Shown here piece by piece: positions 18,401 to 30,300 of a DNA stretch of 64,000 nucleotides; position 1 is the stretch's first letter, and each line of letters starts with the position of its first letter. Under the pieces are notes generated by a model. That model had not been told where the DNA came from. It did no database searches and saw nothing but the letters and a program-made list of their open reading frames with translations. Origin of the DNA: a virus; IMG/VR virus record IMGVR_UViG_3300027763_000036, positions 32,001 to 96,000 of that record, one strand, 5' to 3'. The position numbers and the translations under genes are program-made.

Positions 18401-21400
18401 TGGGTAAAGAAATTCAAAATACTAGTCAAACAGTAACTAATAGTTTTTCAAAAGGTCTTAATAAAGATACAGACCCTTCATTTGTAGAATCTGGATTGTG
18501 GACACATGCTAGAAACATGGTTAACAATACAGATGAAGGTAACTTAGGTACATTAACTAATGAGGACTCAAACTATCTCTGTGGAACAAGTGGTGAAACC
18601 ATGCAGGGTGAGAAAGATATTATTGGATTAATACATCTCTTTGCTGATAAGTGGGTAGTCTTTACTGTTGCTAATGTTAATGGAAAACCTGTTAACTCTG
18701 AGATTGGTTTATATGAAGAAGACTTCTGTAGGTATAGACCAATTGTTTCTGCACCATGTTTAAACTTTAGTAATTTACATCTTATAACTGGTGGATCAAG
18801 ACAGAAGGGAGATTGTAGATGGGAAGTTTATTGGGTTGATGGAAATAACGTGGATAGGTATATGGATGTTGGTGATCCTAAAACTTGGCCAGATCCTAAT
18901 TTTGTTTGGGGAGGTTCTGATCAATCAGTAGCTGGTGCCAATTATAATTACTATTTAGATAATAATGGAAATACAGTTCTTTGGCCAATAACTGCTTGGG
19001 AACAAAAATGTTTACCAACAAATTGTCATATATGTTTTGACACTAATCAACTAGACTGTGATAAAATAAGATTAGCATCTCTTGTTAAAACTCCATGTGT
19101 AGAATTATCTATTGCACCTGGTACAGGTACATTAGAAAATGGAACATACTTTGCAATTGTAGCTTATACAATTAATACTCAGAAAGTAACCAACTATTTT
19201 TCTCCAAGTAATTTACAACCGGTATATACTGAAAGAAATTTATCACAAGGATCTTTACAATTAAATTTAGATTTAGATACAGATAACTTTCAGCAGTTTG
19301 AACTTGTAATAGTAGCATCTATAAATGAAAATGTTATTGCAAAAAAGATTGGATATTATTCTACATCACAAACAACAATTCTATTAGATGATATCCCACT
19401 TACATTAGAGACTATTCCATTAAGTTTAATTACCATTCAGAATCCTGTGTATGAAACATCTGATCAAATGGTTAATGTTAATCAGTACTTATTAAGGATA
19501 GCTCCTAAATCTAAATTTGATTTTAACTATCAGCCATTAGCAAATTTAATTAATACCGAATGGGTTTCTGTTGAATATCCAGAAGATTATTATATTAAAG
19601 GTGGATCAAAGACTGGATATCTTAGAGATGAAGTATACTCATTCTTTATACGTTGGGTATATAATACAGGAGATAAATCTGCTTCTTATCACATTCCAGG
19701 TAGAGCAGCTGAACCATATACATTTGTTGCACCTAATGGAACTACACAAACTTTATTAGACACTGCATCTTATACAGATATAAATAGTTTTGCAGATGAC
19801 ATAAGACTTTGGCAAACTATAAATACAGCAACTCAAACTGGTGTATTTTTAATTAATAATCCAATATTACCAGATGGAGGAAAAGTATTAGCATTTGGTA
19901 AAATGGGATATTGGGAGTCAACAGAATTATATCCACCTAATCAACCAGAAGTTTGGAATTCAAGTTCTCAATGTTGGACAGGAACTACAAATCCAAATTA
20001 TGATTTATGTGGTACACCAATAAGACACCATAAGTTTCCTGATAATGCTTTATCATCTGAAACATATCACTTTAGAGTAGACAATGCAAACTTTGTAGCT
20101 AATCCTTCTGATGGTAAAAAATATATTAGAATCATGAGTGTTAGATTTAATGGAATCATTTATCCAAAAGATAATGATGGAAATCCAATACCAGGAATAG
20201 TTGGTTATGAAATTCTAAGAGGGTCAAGAGAAGGTAATCAAAGTATAGTAGCTAAAGGTATGATTAATAACTTTAGAGATTATGAAATACAAGGTCAGTC
20301 AAAAGGTAATAGAAAAGGGTTGTACGCAAACTATCCATTTAACTGTAGTATTCCTTTAGGTAATACATTGACACCAACTGATCATGATTATAGATTTAAT
20401 GATCCATTTATTAAACCAGTAACTATAAATTCACAAGGAAATGAAACTTTTGTAAATCAGTTTATACCTGAAAATTTATTAACATTTACTTCTCCAGATA
20501 CAAGTTTTAGAAATCCATTTTTAAATCAAACTGAGTTAAAAATATATGGAAGTTTAGAAGGAAACTCAACACATGCATTTGTAGTTCCTAATAAACATCC
20601 AGAAAATAAATTAATGAGTGATGAAGCATTTTATATTTCTGTTATAGTTGGTTTAGGTAATGCTCTTTTAAATTTATTAGGAAAACAAGAAATGCATACA
20701 CAAGCAACTCCTGATTTTCAAGCACCTTATCAAAAATATCCACAATGGAATATAGCAGCTGGTCCAACAGGAGGAACAACAGGTGCTACATTTGATTTAG
20801 ACGCATTTACAGTTAATGCAGCCTCAAGTACTTATAATAATTATGTAACTCAAATGCAAAATTATTTTACATTGGGTGGACAATTAAATGCAGCATTAAC
20901 CGGAGCATTAACATTACAGGATATTTATGATACAACATCTCAAACATATGCTAATATAGGATTATCTACTCCACAAGTAATCGTAACAGATTATACAGCA
21001 GCAACTGTATTTAACAATCTTGGTTTAAATCCAGTTGTAACTGGAGCTATAAATGTTGCTATACAAATACCCTATTACTTTGCAGAAGGATTTAATACTA
21101 CACTAAGAGTAATACAAGCATTCTTACCATTTAGACAGTATGCATTACAATCTCTTGCCCATGGTTTCTATGCAAGGTTTGTTCCTCCTGTAAATAGTTT
21201 CTTAAAAAGATTTAGTTTAAAGGATGGATTTTATTTAACAGATAGTAATCAAGAAGTTCCTGATTATTTAAATGGCCTTGGTGGATTTGAAAGATATTCA
21301 ATAAATAATCTTAATAGAACTAAGACAGTATTTTTAAGAACTGCTGCACCTAATAATTTAAATCCGCTTACTGCTCCTGTTATTGGTCCAAGATTGGTTG

Positions 21401-23892
21401 GAACATATGCGGCTGGTGTTTTACAACCAGGTAACCAAGAAGATAACACATTAATTAATCTTGGTAAAGCTGTATCTGCTTCATTAGGTGGAGGTATGGC
21501 GTTTGACAATGAAACAAGATTTAATAGTTTTATAGCTAATATTGCTAGTCATTATGTTGGATTAAAATATAATGTACAAAATCAATATGGACAATTAGAA
21601 AGTATTAAACAAGTTGTTGCTACATCATGTGAAGTTAGATTTGATAAAAATAGTATTTATGATCCAGCAACAAATCCTGATGGAGATGTTTCAATTGTAA
21701 CAACATCAGCTTTTTGTGGTCCAACTACTAGTCCTACACAAGTTCAACATACTATATTATTACCAACACAACCAATCTTTGGTGGAGATACTTATATAAA
21801 CAGATTTACAGAAAAGAATACAATGCTATTCTTTTACAATTGGTTATATAATCTTCCTGATGGCACTCCTTGGAATTATGCTTTATATAATAATATTCCA
21901 ACAGCAAGATACTGGATGAACTCTCAACCATATTCTAAAGATGAGAATGTATTATTTGGAGGAGGTATTAACCCTTTATCTATAATTCAAGGATTATTTA
22001 ATAGTAATCCAAACTTTGGTACAGGACCAACTCCTAGAGGTTATTATAATTTAGATAATGATAATTATGATAGACAAACCGATCAAGAAACTGGAGCAGG
22101 TTCCTTCCCTAGAGGTTATGATGGATTCATGTCTGTTAAAAATTCTTATTTCTATCTAGCTAATTCAGGTGTTAGAGATTTCTTTGTAGAGAGTAATGTA
22201 CTTGTAGATTTTAGATCTCAAGGAACTTTCCAATATGAACAGCCATATATACCATATCAGTATACAGATATGCGGCAGTTATTTGATATGAATCCAGAAG
22301 TAATTACTAAAGGTAACTTCTATAACTATGATTACTCATTAAGTGTTACTAAGTTCTTTACACAATATCTTTCTGCAGGATCTTTACAAGGATTAACATA
22401 TAATCCTTATGTAGCTGAATTATGTTTTACATATTATCCTAACAGAGCATTATATTCGTTATATCAAGATGATGAATCATATGACAATAACTGGTTAATT
22501 TATTTACCATTAAACTATGTACAGTTTAATGATAGAATAACTACAGTTAAACCTGTAGGGATGAGTGGTATGTTATTTACATTTCCAACTACGGGTCCTT
22601 TATTCTATCAAGGTGTGGATCAATTAACTACAAACTTGGGTAAAAAAGTTACTATAGGTGACGGAGGTTTATTTTCTAACCCGCCTTCATCAGCAGCTAA
22701 TTCAGATGCTCCATTTGAATATGGTTCATCACAAAATATTAGATCAGTAATTTATTCTCCCGCAGGACTTTACTATGTATCAATGAATCAAGGAAAGATA
22801 TTTTCATATGGAGAAGGAATTAAAGAAATATCTCAGAATGGTCTTAAGTGGTGGTTTACATTATTTTTACCATATAAGCTTACAGAGGACTTCCCAGATT
22901 TTCCACATATAGATAATCCAGTAGCTGGTATTGGTATACAATCAATGTATGATAGCAGAAACTCATTATTATATTTTAGCAAAAAAGATTATCAGTTAAA
23001 ACCTAACTTAGGTAAAGTAATATATAGTCCTACTATTAACAGATTTATTTATTCTGGTGTTAAATATCAACTAGGAGATCCAGCAATATTTGATGATGCA
23101 TCTTGGACAGTAAGTTATGATCCTAAGATGAATGTGTTTATTAGTTATCATGACTGGCATCCTGATTTAGCTTTCTCATCTAAAGAAACTGTATTTACTG
23201 TAAAGAATAATACTATCTGGAAACACAATGACACATGTACAGATTTTAATAACTATTATGGTATTCAATATCCTTTTGAGATAGAGTATCCTATAAATAC
23301 TGGTCAATCACCTACAGTTATTAAATCATTTGAATATATTCTTGAGGCTTACAGATATTCTCATCTTAATTGTGTAGATCAGTTCCATGTTCTAGATGCA
23401 AACTTTAATCAAGCTGTGGTATCTAACACAGAACAAGTATCTGGATATTTAAACTTAAATATATTCCCTAAGAACAACATTACTCTTTCACTTGATTATC
23501 CAAAACTAAATCAATCTAACTTATCTTCATTTGATATTTTATTCTCAAAAGAAGAAAACAAATATAGATTCAACCAGTTCTGGGATATTACAAAAGATAG
23601 AGGAGAGTTTCCAATAGGATCAGATTATCCTCCAACAGGACAACTTATTCCTGGAACTACACAGTTATTAGGTAACTATGCAGATCAAGTTATTTGGAAT
23701 ACACAACCTAACGGTTATATCAAAACTTTAAATGCAAATAACTTGAATTACAATAAACCTGAAATGCAAAGAAAAAGATTTAGACATTATCTTAATTATC
23801 TATTCTTGTCAAAACTTGCAACACCAGAAGAAAGAGATATTAACTTTATCCTTAAGATAATAAATAGTAAGAATCAAGCATCATATAGATAA
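18400..23892 (+). CDS. Tail stabilization / muzzle protein (P22 gp10-like, crAss Tstab)
   Basis: 1830 aa; F.KGLNKD.DP N-terminus, GYLRDEVYSF.I.W, IRHHKFPD, FGGDTYINRF, SWTVSYD...SYHDW.P. Confidence 0.75.
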   Translation: MGKEIQNTSQTVTNSFSKGLNKDTDPSFVESGLWTHARNMVNNTDEGNLGTLTNEDSNYLCGTSGETMQGEKDIIGLIHLFADKWVVFTVANVNGKPVNSEIGLYEEDFCRYRPIVSAPCLNFSNLHLITGGSRQKGDCRWEVYWVDGNNVDRYMDVGDPKTWPDPNFVWGGSDQSVAGANYNYYLDNNGNTVLWPITAWEQKCLPTNCHICFDTNQLDCDKIRLASLVKTPCVELSIAPGTGTLENGTYFAIVAYTINTQKVTNYFSPSNLQPVYTERNLSQGSLQLNLDLDTDNFQQFELVIVASINENVIAKKIGYYSTSQTTILLDDIPLTLETIPLSLITIQNPVYETSDQMVNVNQYLLRIAPKSKFDFNYQPLANLINTEWVSVEYPEDYYIKGGSKTGYLRDEVYSFFIRWVYNTGDKSASYHIPGRAAEPYTFVAPNGTTQTLLDTASYTDINSFADDIRLWQTINTATQTGVFLINNPILPDGGKVLAFGKMGYWESTELYPPNQPEVWNSSSQCWTGTTNPNYDLCGTPIRHHKFPDNALSSETYHFRVDNANFVANPSDGKKYIRIMSVRFNGIIYPKDNDGNPIPGIVGYEILRGSREGNQSIVAKGMINNFRDYEIQGQSKGNRKGLYANYPFNCSIPLGNTLTPTDHDYRFNDPFIKPVTINSQGNETFVNQFIPENLLTFTSPDTSFRNPFLNQTELKIYGSLEGNSTHAFVVPNKHPENKLMSDEAFYISVIVGLGNALLNLLGKQEMHTQATPDFQAPYQKYPQWNIAAGPTGGTTGATFDLDAFTVNAASSTYNNYVTQMQNYFTLGGQLNAALTGALTLQDIYDTTSQTYANIGLSTPQVIVTDYTAATVFNNLGLNPVVTGAINVAIQIPYYFAEGFNTTLRVIQAFLPFRQYALQSLAHGFYARFVPPVNSFLKRFSLKDGFYLTDSNQEVPDYLNGLGGFERYSINNLNRTKTVFLRTAAPNNLNPLTAPVIGPRLVGTYAAGVLQPGNQEDNTLINLGKAVSASLGGGMAFDNETRFNSFIANIASHYVGLKYNVQNQYGQLESIKQVVATSCEVRFDKNSIYDPATNPDGDVSIVTTSAFCGPTTSPTQVQHTILLPTQPIFGGDTYINRFTEKNTMLFFYNWLYNLPDGTPWNYALYNNIPTARYWMNSQPYSKDENVLFGGGINPLSIIQGLFNSNPNFGTGPTPRGYYNLDNDNYDRQTDQETGAGSFPRGYDGFMSVKNSYFYLANSGVRDFFVESNVLVDFRSQGTFQYEQPYIPYQYTDMRQLFDMNPEVITKGNFYNYDYSLSVTKFFTQYLSAGSLQGLTYNPYVAELCFTYYPNRALYSLYQDDESYDNNWLIYLPLNYVQFNDRITTVKPVGMSGMLFTFPTTGPLFYQGVDQLTTNLGKKVTIGDGGLFSNPPSSAANSDAPFEYGSSQNIRSVIYSPAGLYYVSMNQGKIFSYGEGIKEISQNGLKWWFTLFLPYKLTEDFPDFPHIDNPVAGIGIQSMYDSRNSLLYFSKKDYQLKPNLGKVIYSPTINRFIYSGVKYQLGDPAIFDDASWTVSYDPKMNVFISYHDWHPDLAFSSKETVFTVKNNTIWKHNDTCTDFNNYYGIQYPFEIEYPINTGQSPTVIKSFEYILEAYRYSHLNCVDQFHVLDANFNQAVVSNTEQVSGYLNLNIFPKNNITLSLDYPKLNQSNLSSFDILFSKEENKYRFNQFWDITKDRGEFPIGSDYPPTGQLIPGTTQLLGNYADQVIWNTQPNGYIKTLNANNLNYNKPEMQRKRFRHYLNYLFLSKLATPEERDINFILKIINSKNQASYR

Positions 23893-26800
23893 TGAAAAAA
23901 TCTTTTAAAAAATATGAAGTGGCAGGTTTACCTGGAGGACCAAATGAATTAAAAAGATTCACTAACGGATTTATTATATCTGAGAGAGGTCAATGGGATT
24001 ATCCCGGACAACCTACAGCAGTACCAACTCCTTCTGGTAGAATTACTACTGAAGGAGTAGAAGATGATCTAGTGGGTATTGATAATTTAGGTAACACACA
24101 ATACATGTCTCCTGATAATGAATATCAGTTTGAAGGAGATATGGTATATGAAATACCACAAGCAAAAAAAGGAGGAAGCAAGAAACCATCTAAAAAGTTC
24201 TCAAAAAGTCTGATGGCTAAGAATAGATTATTTGCAAAAAATCCTTTACTTAAAAAATCAAAGTCTGTTAAGAATAAAATCTTTGATCCTTATTCCCCAT
24301 ACTTTCAACCAGGAGGAGAAACTTATAATCAGTTACCTTCAAGATACGGAGATGCTTTAAAAAACTTTGTGTATCCTGAAGTAGTTGATTCATCTGAAGA
24401 AACAGGTTATGATGCAGCATTAGGGGTTATTAAACAAAATCCAAATGACCCTATTGCAAATGTAAATAATCCTTGGTGGTATGAACATGAGTTAATGCAT
24501 CATTTACAAAATCAAGCTGGAGGAATGAGTACATATGGCGCAGTTGGTTTAAGACCAAATCCTTATGTAGCTTCAGATGAAGCAATAGGTTCTTACTATG
24601 ATAGAAGAGGGTCAGAATTTGAAACAGAATTAAATAGAATTTTAGAAGAAAATCCAGATATATTAGAAGAAGAAGCATATGCAAGAGCTGAAGAAGATTT
24701 ATATAACAATCCAACAACTACAGAAGGTGAAGCAAGAAACTATGAAGGATACATAGAAGCTGGTAATCCATCTATCTTCCCAAAAAAACAACAAGATGGC
24801 GGAATAATTTTAGATCTTACAGAAGATCGAATAGAAGAATATAGAAAAGGTGGATACATAGTAGAAGAAATAAATGATTATAAAAAAGGTGGTGCATTAC
24901 TTACTAAGAAAGTAACATGTAAAAAATGTGGTTGGACATGGGATGCTGCAGATGGTGGTAATGATCTTACTACTTGTCATAAATGTGGTGGTCAAGGATT
25001 AATACATGCACAAACTGGAGGATATATAAATGACATTTCTATACCTACATTAACTAGAATGCAACCTGGTGGACCAGTTCCTGAATCTACATATACTCCA
25101 ATTGATCCAAACTTCTTATCTGCAAATCCTGATACATATTCTCAAATTGTAAATAAACCTGAAGTTACATCAGAAAGACAAGCTTCAGATATTGGTAAAT
25201 TAAGAGCAGAGTATCGTGATAAAAATTCAATGGATAAATTTTTAGATGAAAAGAAAAGACAATATTTAAAAAAGAATAAGGGATTAAATAAAGCTGCTGG
25301 AGTTACTATGGAAAATTTTCCAGAAGATGTTCTTCAAAACTTTACAAATGAGTATAATTATAAAACAAATAATTATGCTGTAAATAAACTTGGTAAGAAA
25401 GAAGGATGGAATCCTAAAAGAAGAGGTGAGTGGGTGGATGAATTAACACCGGGAGAAAAAGATGCTGTTGCTGAATCTAAATATGGATCTAAACTACAAC
25501 CTAGTTATTGGTCAAGATCATTAGCTGGTGTACAAGAACTTGGTAATGCAGCAATTAAATTATTACCGGGAAAACAAGGTGATGTCTTAAAATATAATAT
25601 CCCAGGACTTACTAAAAAGGAACAAAAAGAAATAGCAGAATCAAAAATAGGAGCTCTTGAAACTTTAGCTCCAATGGATATACCAGGAGCAGCAATAGCT
25701 AATTTAGTTAAGAATACTGGATTATCTACAGGATCAGATTACAAAGAACAGGCTAATGCTTTAGCAGGAGAAAAAATGGCTAATGTATCTGATACAGAAG
25801 CAATGGCATTTAATCCATTAACTTATGCAGGATTAGAGTCTTTACCTGAACTTGGAGTAAACTTAGCAAGAGGTATTGGTAAAGGTGCAAGCAAGCTTGA
25901 AAGGTTTGTTAAAAATGCAAGGGATATGGAGAAAATATCTAAAGCATATAGTCCCAATCTTACAAAAATGGGCTTCTCATTCTCATCATCTAAACCAGCA
26001 GTTGATTTTGTAGGACCAATGAGAGCACCAGCACATGCTGTTAGTGATGTTCTATCAGGTTTGAAAAATAGAGGGACAAAATGGGATAAAGTTGGTGCAA
26101 AAGGAGAAGAACTTTTACATCCTGATATGATTAATTATCATGGAACATATGCTGGAAGACCAATTGTTGAAGTAAGAATGCCAGATGGTACACCAGAGTT
26201 TTTTTATAAATCTTCTGGATGGGCTGGAAAAGAAGGTGCTGGTTTAAAAGGAACTACAGAAGGACAATGGCAAGTATTTGGAGGATTTAGTGACGTACCA
26301 AATACTAAAGATTGGTTTATTAAAGATGCAGGTTATAAAGATTATTATGGTAGTAACACATTTAAAGGTATGGCTGAAAATCTTGATAATGCTTTAATAC
26401 AAAAGCTTGGTTTTCAAAATACTGATGAATTGGATAATGCAATTAATTTTCAAAATAGATTTGGAAATGTAGATTCATACACACCAATAAGAAAATATGG
26501 TGGTACAGCCGCTAAATATGGATACTCTGTTGGAAATCTTATAAGAAAAGATAAAGGGGGTGCTGTTAGTGGTACTCAAGGTTTAACAGCTGATTTCTCA
26601 CAGAGACTTACTCAAATGATTCTAGATGCTAGATCACAAGGTATAGACTTAGGTGTTGGTTCAGGATATAGATCATATGAAAAACAAAAGAGACTTTGGG
26701 AACAAGCTCTTAAGAAATATGGATCTCCTGAGAAAGCAAGAAAATGGGTAGCTCCTCCGGGAGGGTCATTTCATAATAAAGGTCTTGCAGTTGATTTACA

Positions 26801-27296
26801 TTCAAGTGGAAATGCATTAGGTAAAGAAAAAAATGCCAAAGCCACAGAATGGGCACATGCTAATGCTAAGAAGTATGGTTTACATTTTAGAATGGGGCAT
26901 GAGCCTTGGCACATTGAACCTATAGAGAAAACTAAATCAAGTTCTGAGAAAGAAAATGAACATGATCATTCAGATCAAGAAGAGTATGAGCAAATGATTG
27001 CAGATAAAAATATGGAGTTTGAGTTAAAACAAAAAGAATTAGCAGAAAGAGAAAGAAAGTTACATGATGATGATTATAGTAATTGGGAACCTGCTAAAAA
27101 AGAAGTTGTAGATCCAAGACAAGAAATGTTAGATGATTATGCAAAGGTGATTGCTCCAAGCAATCAAAACCTTTTTGAACTCTATACAGCTAATCTTCAA
27201 GGTCAAATGAAAAAGGGAGGATTTATTATGGAATTAACTGATAAAGAAATTGAAAGATATAGAAAAGGAGGATTTATTATAGAAGAACTTGATTAA
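23892..27296 (+). CDS. Multidomain virion cargo protein: zincin HExxH domain, Zn ribbon, M15 (VanY-like) peptidoglycan peptidase
   Basis: HELMH at 24486-24500; CKKC...CHKC at 24918-24986; SGYRS..Q, APPG.S.H..GLAVD and EPWH at 26661-26918. Confidence 0.75.
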   Translation: MKKSFKKYEVAGLPGGPNELKRFTNGFIISERGQWDYPGQPTAVPTPSGRITTEGVEDDLVGIDNLGNTQYMSPDNEYQFEGDMVYEIPQAKKGGSKKPSKKFSKSLMAKNRLFAKNPLLKKSKSVKNKIFDPYSPYFQPGGETYNQLPSRYGDALKNFVYPEVVDSSEETGYDAALGVIKQNPNDPIANVNNPWWYEHELMHHLQNQAGGMSTYGAVGLRPNPYVASDEAIGSYYDRRGSEFETELNRILEENPDILEEEAYARAEEDLYNNPTTTEGEARNYEGYIEAGNPSIFPKKQQDGGIILDLTEDRIEEYRKGGYIVEEINDYKKGGALLTKKVTCKKCGWTWDAADGGNDLTTCHKCGGQGLIHAQTGGYINDISIPTLTRMQPGGPVPESTYTPIDPNFLSANPDTYSQIVNKPEVTSERQASDIGKLRAEYRDKNSMDKFLDEKKRQYLKKNKGLNKAAGVTMENFPEDVLQNFTNEYNYKTNNYAVNKLGKKEGWNPKRRGEWVDELTPGEKDAVAESKYGSKLQPSYWSRSLAGVQELGNAAIKLLPGKQGDVLKYNIPGLTKKEQKEIAESKIGALETLAPMDIPGAAIANLVKNTGLSTGSDYKEQANALAGEKMANVSDTEAMAFNPLTYAGLESLPELGVNLARGIGKGASKLERFVKNARDMEKISKAYSPNLTKMGFSFSSSKPAVDFVGPMRAPAHAVSDVLSGLKNRGTKWDKVGAKGEELLHPDMINYHGTYAGRPIVEVRMPDGTPEFFYKSSGWAGKEGAGLKGTTEGQWQVFGGFSDVPNTKDWFIKDAGYKDYYGSNTFKGMAENLDNALIQKLGFQNTDELDNAINFQNRFGNVDSYTPIRKYGGTAAKYGYSVGNLIRKDKGGAVSGTQGLTADFSQRLTQMILDARSQGIDLGVGSGYRSYEKQKRLWEQALKKYGSPEKARKWVAPPGGSFHNKGLAVDLHSSGNALGKEKNAKATEWAHANAKKYGLHFRMGHEPWHIEPIEKTKSSSEKENEHDHSDQEEYEQMIADKNMEFELKQKELAERERKLHDDDYSNWEPAKKEVVDPRQEMLDDYAKVIAPSNQNLFELYTANLQGQMKKGGFIMELTDKEIERYRKGGFIIEELD

Positions 27297-27346
27297 ACTT
27301 ATTAAGTTTAAACACTATGTTTTTATTTATTATATTTATATTATAG
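27293..27346 (+). promoter_or_regulatory. Composite element copy 1: TAAACTT-N3-AAGTTTA-N20-TATATTTATATTATAG
   Basis: Perfect inverted repeat plus a 16-nt box; repeated with identical spacing at 33263-33315. Confidence 0.6.
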
Positions 27347-27355
27347 CGCGTTATA

Positions 27356-30300
27356 ATGAAAAGAAAAGTAAGAATTTATAAAGACCCATTTGGGCAAGGT
27401 GGTTATATAAACAAGACTGCTCAGTGGTTAAGAAAAGCACAAGAAGGTGCTGAAACAGGGATGACTCCTGTAACTGCTGGTATCATGCAACAAATGCAAC
27501 CTGCTCAACAGCAAATGATGCAACAGCAACAACCACAACAAGATCCACAAGAACAAATCTTACAAGTTGTAGTTGCATTAGCTCAACAAGGAAAAGGAGA
27601 AGATGAGATTAAAGATTACTTGTTAACTAATGTTTATGGTTTTGAGGAAGGGTCTCAAGAGTATGCTGCATATGAGCCACAAATATTAGACTTTGTATCT
27701 GCTGTGTTTGAAAGATCTGCACCAGAGGAAGAAGAACAAGCAGTAACAAATGAACCTATAGAAGATATTGTTGCAGATACAAGTGTTGAAGATACATCAG
27801 AAGAAGATGGTAACTATGATCAAATGATCAATGACATTATTTATGATGATGAGGATCAAGAAGCTAGATATGGAGGTGTTCCAAATAAAAGATCTTATGT
27901 CAACAAATTAATAAGACAACTTAAGAAAGCTCAGAAAGGGGATCAAGTAGAAGAAGCTAACACAGCTAATGTAAGAGGAACTGAAGATAACCCTACAAGT
28001 GATGCTCCTGGAAATAAAAATCCATTTATCTCAGGAGTAAAAGGACAAGCTGAGAATCATTTCTATAAACAACAAGCGGAGCAAATGTATAACAATCAGT
28101 TTGGTCAAGGTATGCCTCAAGCAGGTATGTCTCAACCACAAGATGATATGGATTATGCTCAACGCGGAGGTTGGAGAATGAGAAGAGCTAATAGAAAAAT
28201 GTTTGGTACTCCAAATTTACCAATGGGAGTTACATCATCTAAATATTCTTTTGGTCCATTGGGTGGAGTTAGATCTGCAGAGATGCAGTTTAATCCACTT
28301 ATGATGGCTTCTATGTTTCCTATGATGACATTCCCAGGAATGGGAGGAAGTTCATCATGGGGATATAATGAACCTTACAGAAAAACTACAAAAGGAAGAC
28401 TTGTTACTGAAAAGATTGCAAGTACTGTAAATAATAAATCTATAGAAGATGTAGCTAATGATACTGATTCTGATGCAGCTAATAAATCTGCAGAACCAAA
28501 AAAAGATACTGCAATTCCAAATGCAGATGGGACAGTTACAGTAGATACTAGTGGAGAAGGTGCTTCTAGCACTACTCCAGGAACAACTCCAAATACTGGT
28601 GGCGGTACTGGGCCAGTTCCTATTGACGGTGCAAGACAAGCCATGGAGCTTAGAAATAAGAAAGATAAATGGGGTAGATCGCGAGCTGATAAATGGTATG
28701 GTTTTGATCCAGCTACAAAAAAATGGACACTTACTGCTGCACCAGACTGGTATAAAGAACCATCTAAGAAAAGTAGATGGAGTAATGTTACTATGAAAAA
28801 AGATTCTTGGGGAAGAAATGAAGATAGCAAGTGGTATGGTTATGATTCTAAAAAGAAAAAATATACTGAGGGTCCAAATAAAGGAAAAACAACAACACAA
28901 GTAAAAAATAAACTAGAAGATCAAAAAAATAAAGAGCTTATTAAAAAATTTCCAAAACTAAAAGAGCAAATAGAATATGACTCATGGTATAAAAATGCTA
29001 GTGGTACTGATAGAGTATTAGGATTATTAGGTTTTGGTCCAAGTGATCCAAGTTTTCGTGGTGGTTTTACAGATGATGATGCTCTATCATATGTAACACC
29101 AATGGGAATTAAAGGAGCAACTGAAGCATTTAAATTAACTCCCGCAGCAGAAAGAATTTTAAGGGGTGAAAGATTAAATATTGGTTCAGGAATGGCTGCT
29201 AGTTTTAGAGATCCTAAAGCCCAACAAGCTGCAAATGCTATTTATAAAAACTTTTACAAGTCAGTTAGATCTGCACCAAAAGGTTTACCAGAACCTCCTC
29301 CAGGAACACAATTAAAATTTAATTTTGCAGCCGGTGGATTTGTAAATAATCCTATGCAAGATCAATTTGGAAATCTTCAGAAGTTTATATATGGTGATCA
29401 GGTAGATGATCAAATGCTGGAAAATTTATATCAACCACCAATTAATCAATCTGACTTAGACTACTCTGATTCTGAAGATCCATCAGATCCATACTTTAAA
29501 AAACATGGTGGTCTTCACAGATTTGATGGAACTACTAATAGTCAAACTAATCCTACAAATGCTCCAAAAACATATACTCAAGAAGAGTTAGACAAGATGC
29601 TTGCTGAAAAACAAAAGTCTTGGGAAACTGATTATCAAAAAAAATATAATCAGCAGATGCAAGGTCAACAACAAATGATGCAAGGGTTTGGTGGTTATGG
29701 TGCAGCAGGTTATAATCCTTATGATAGTTATTCTGCTTGGAGTTCAAGAGGTAACTATGGAGGATTTGGTCCTATGGCAAGTACTGGTCTTTTAGGAGCT
29801 GCTGGTAATTTAATTAAAGGTTTTGGTAGAGGTCCAAGTACATATGGTCCTGCAGGAAATCCATTGCAATATGCAGCTACTGCTGCCCAAATTACCAAGT
29901 CAGGAATGCTACCTACAGGAATGAAATACTCTAAAGAAAAAGCAGAAGGTTTCCTTGGTAAATTAGGATTGAAGAATGATAAAGTTTGGACTCTTGATTA
30001 TGCTACACCAGAACAAATAAAAGCTGGTGCAATACCTGGTGCACAAGGAACTGCACCTGGTACTAATCAAAATACTTCAAACATGTCCGGTAGAGATAGA
30101 AGAATTAATAGAAGAGATGAGAGATTAAATAGAAATACTCCTGCTGAAGCTGATGCTTATCAATTTACAGGTACTCTTACCGGATCTCCAGTAACATATG
30201 CAAAAGAGCCTTTATCTAATGAAGAGATGTTAAAGTCTCAAGGAAAAATGTGGGATGAAAAACAACAGAAATGGGTTACTGGTTCTGCACCAACAAAAAA

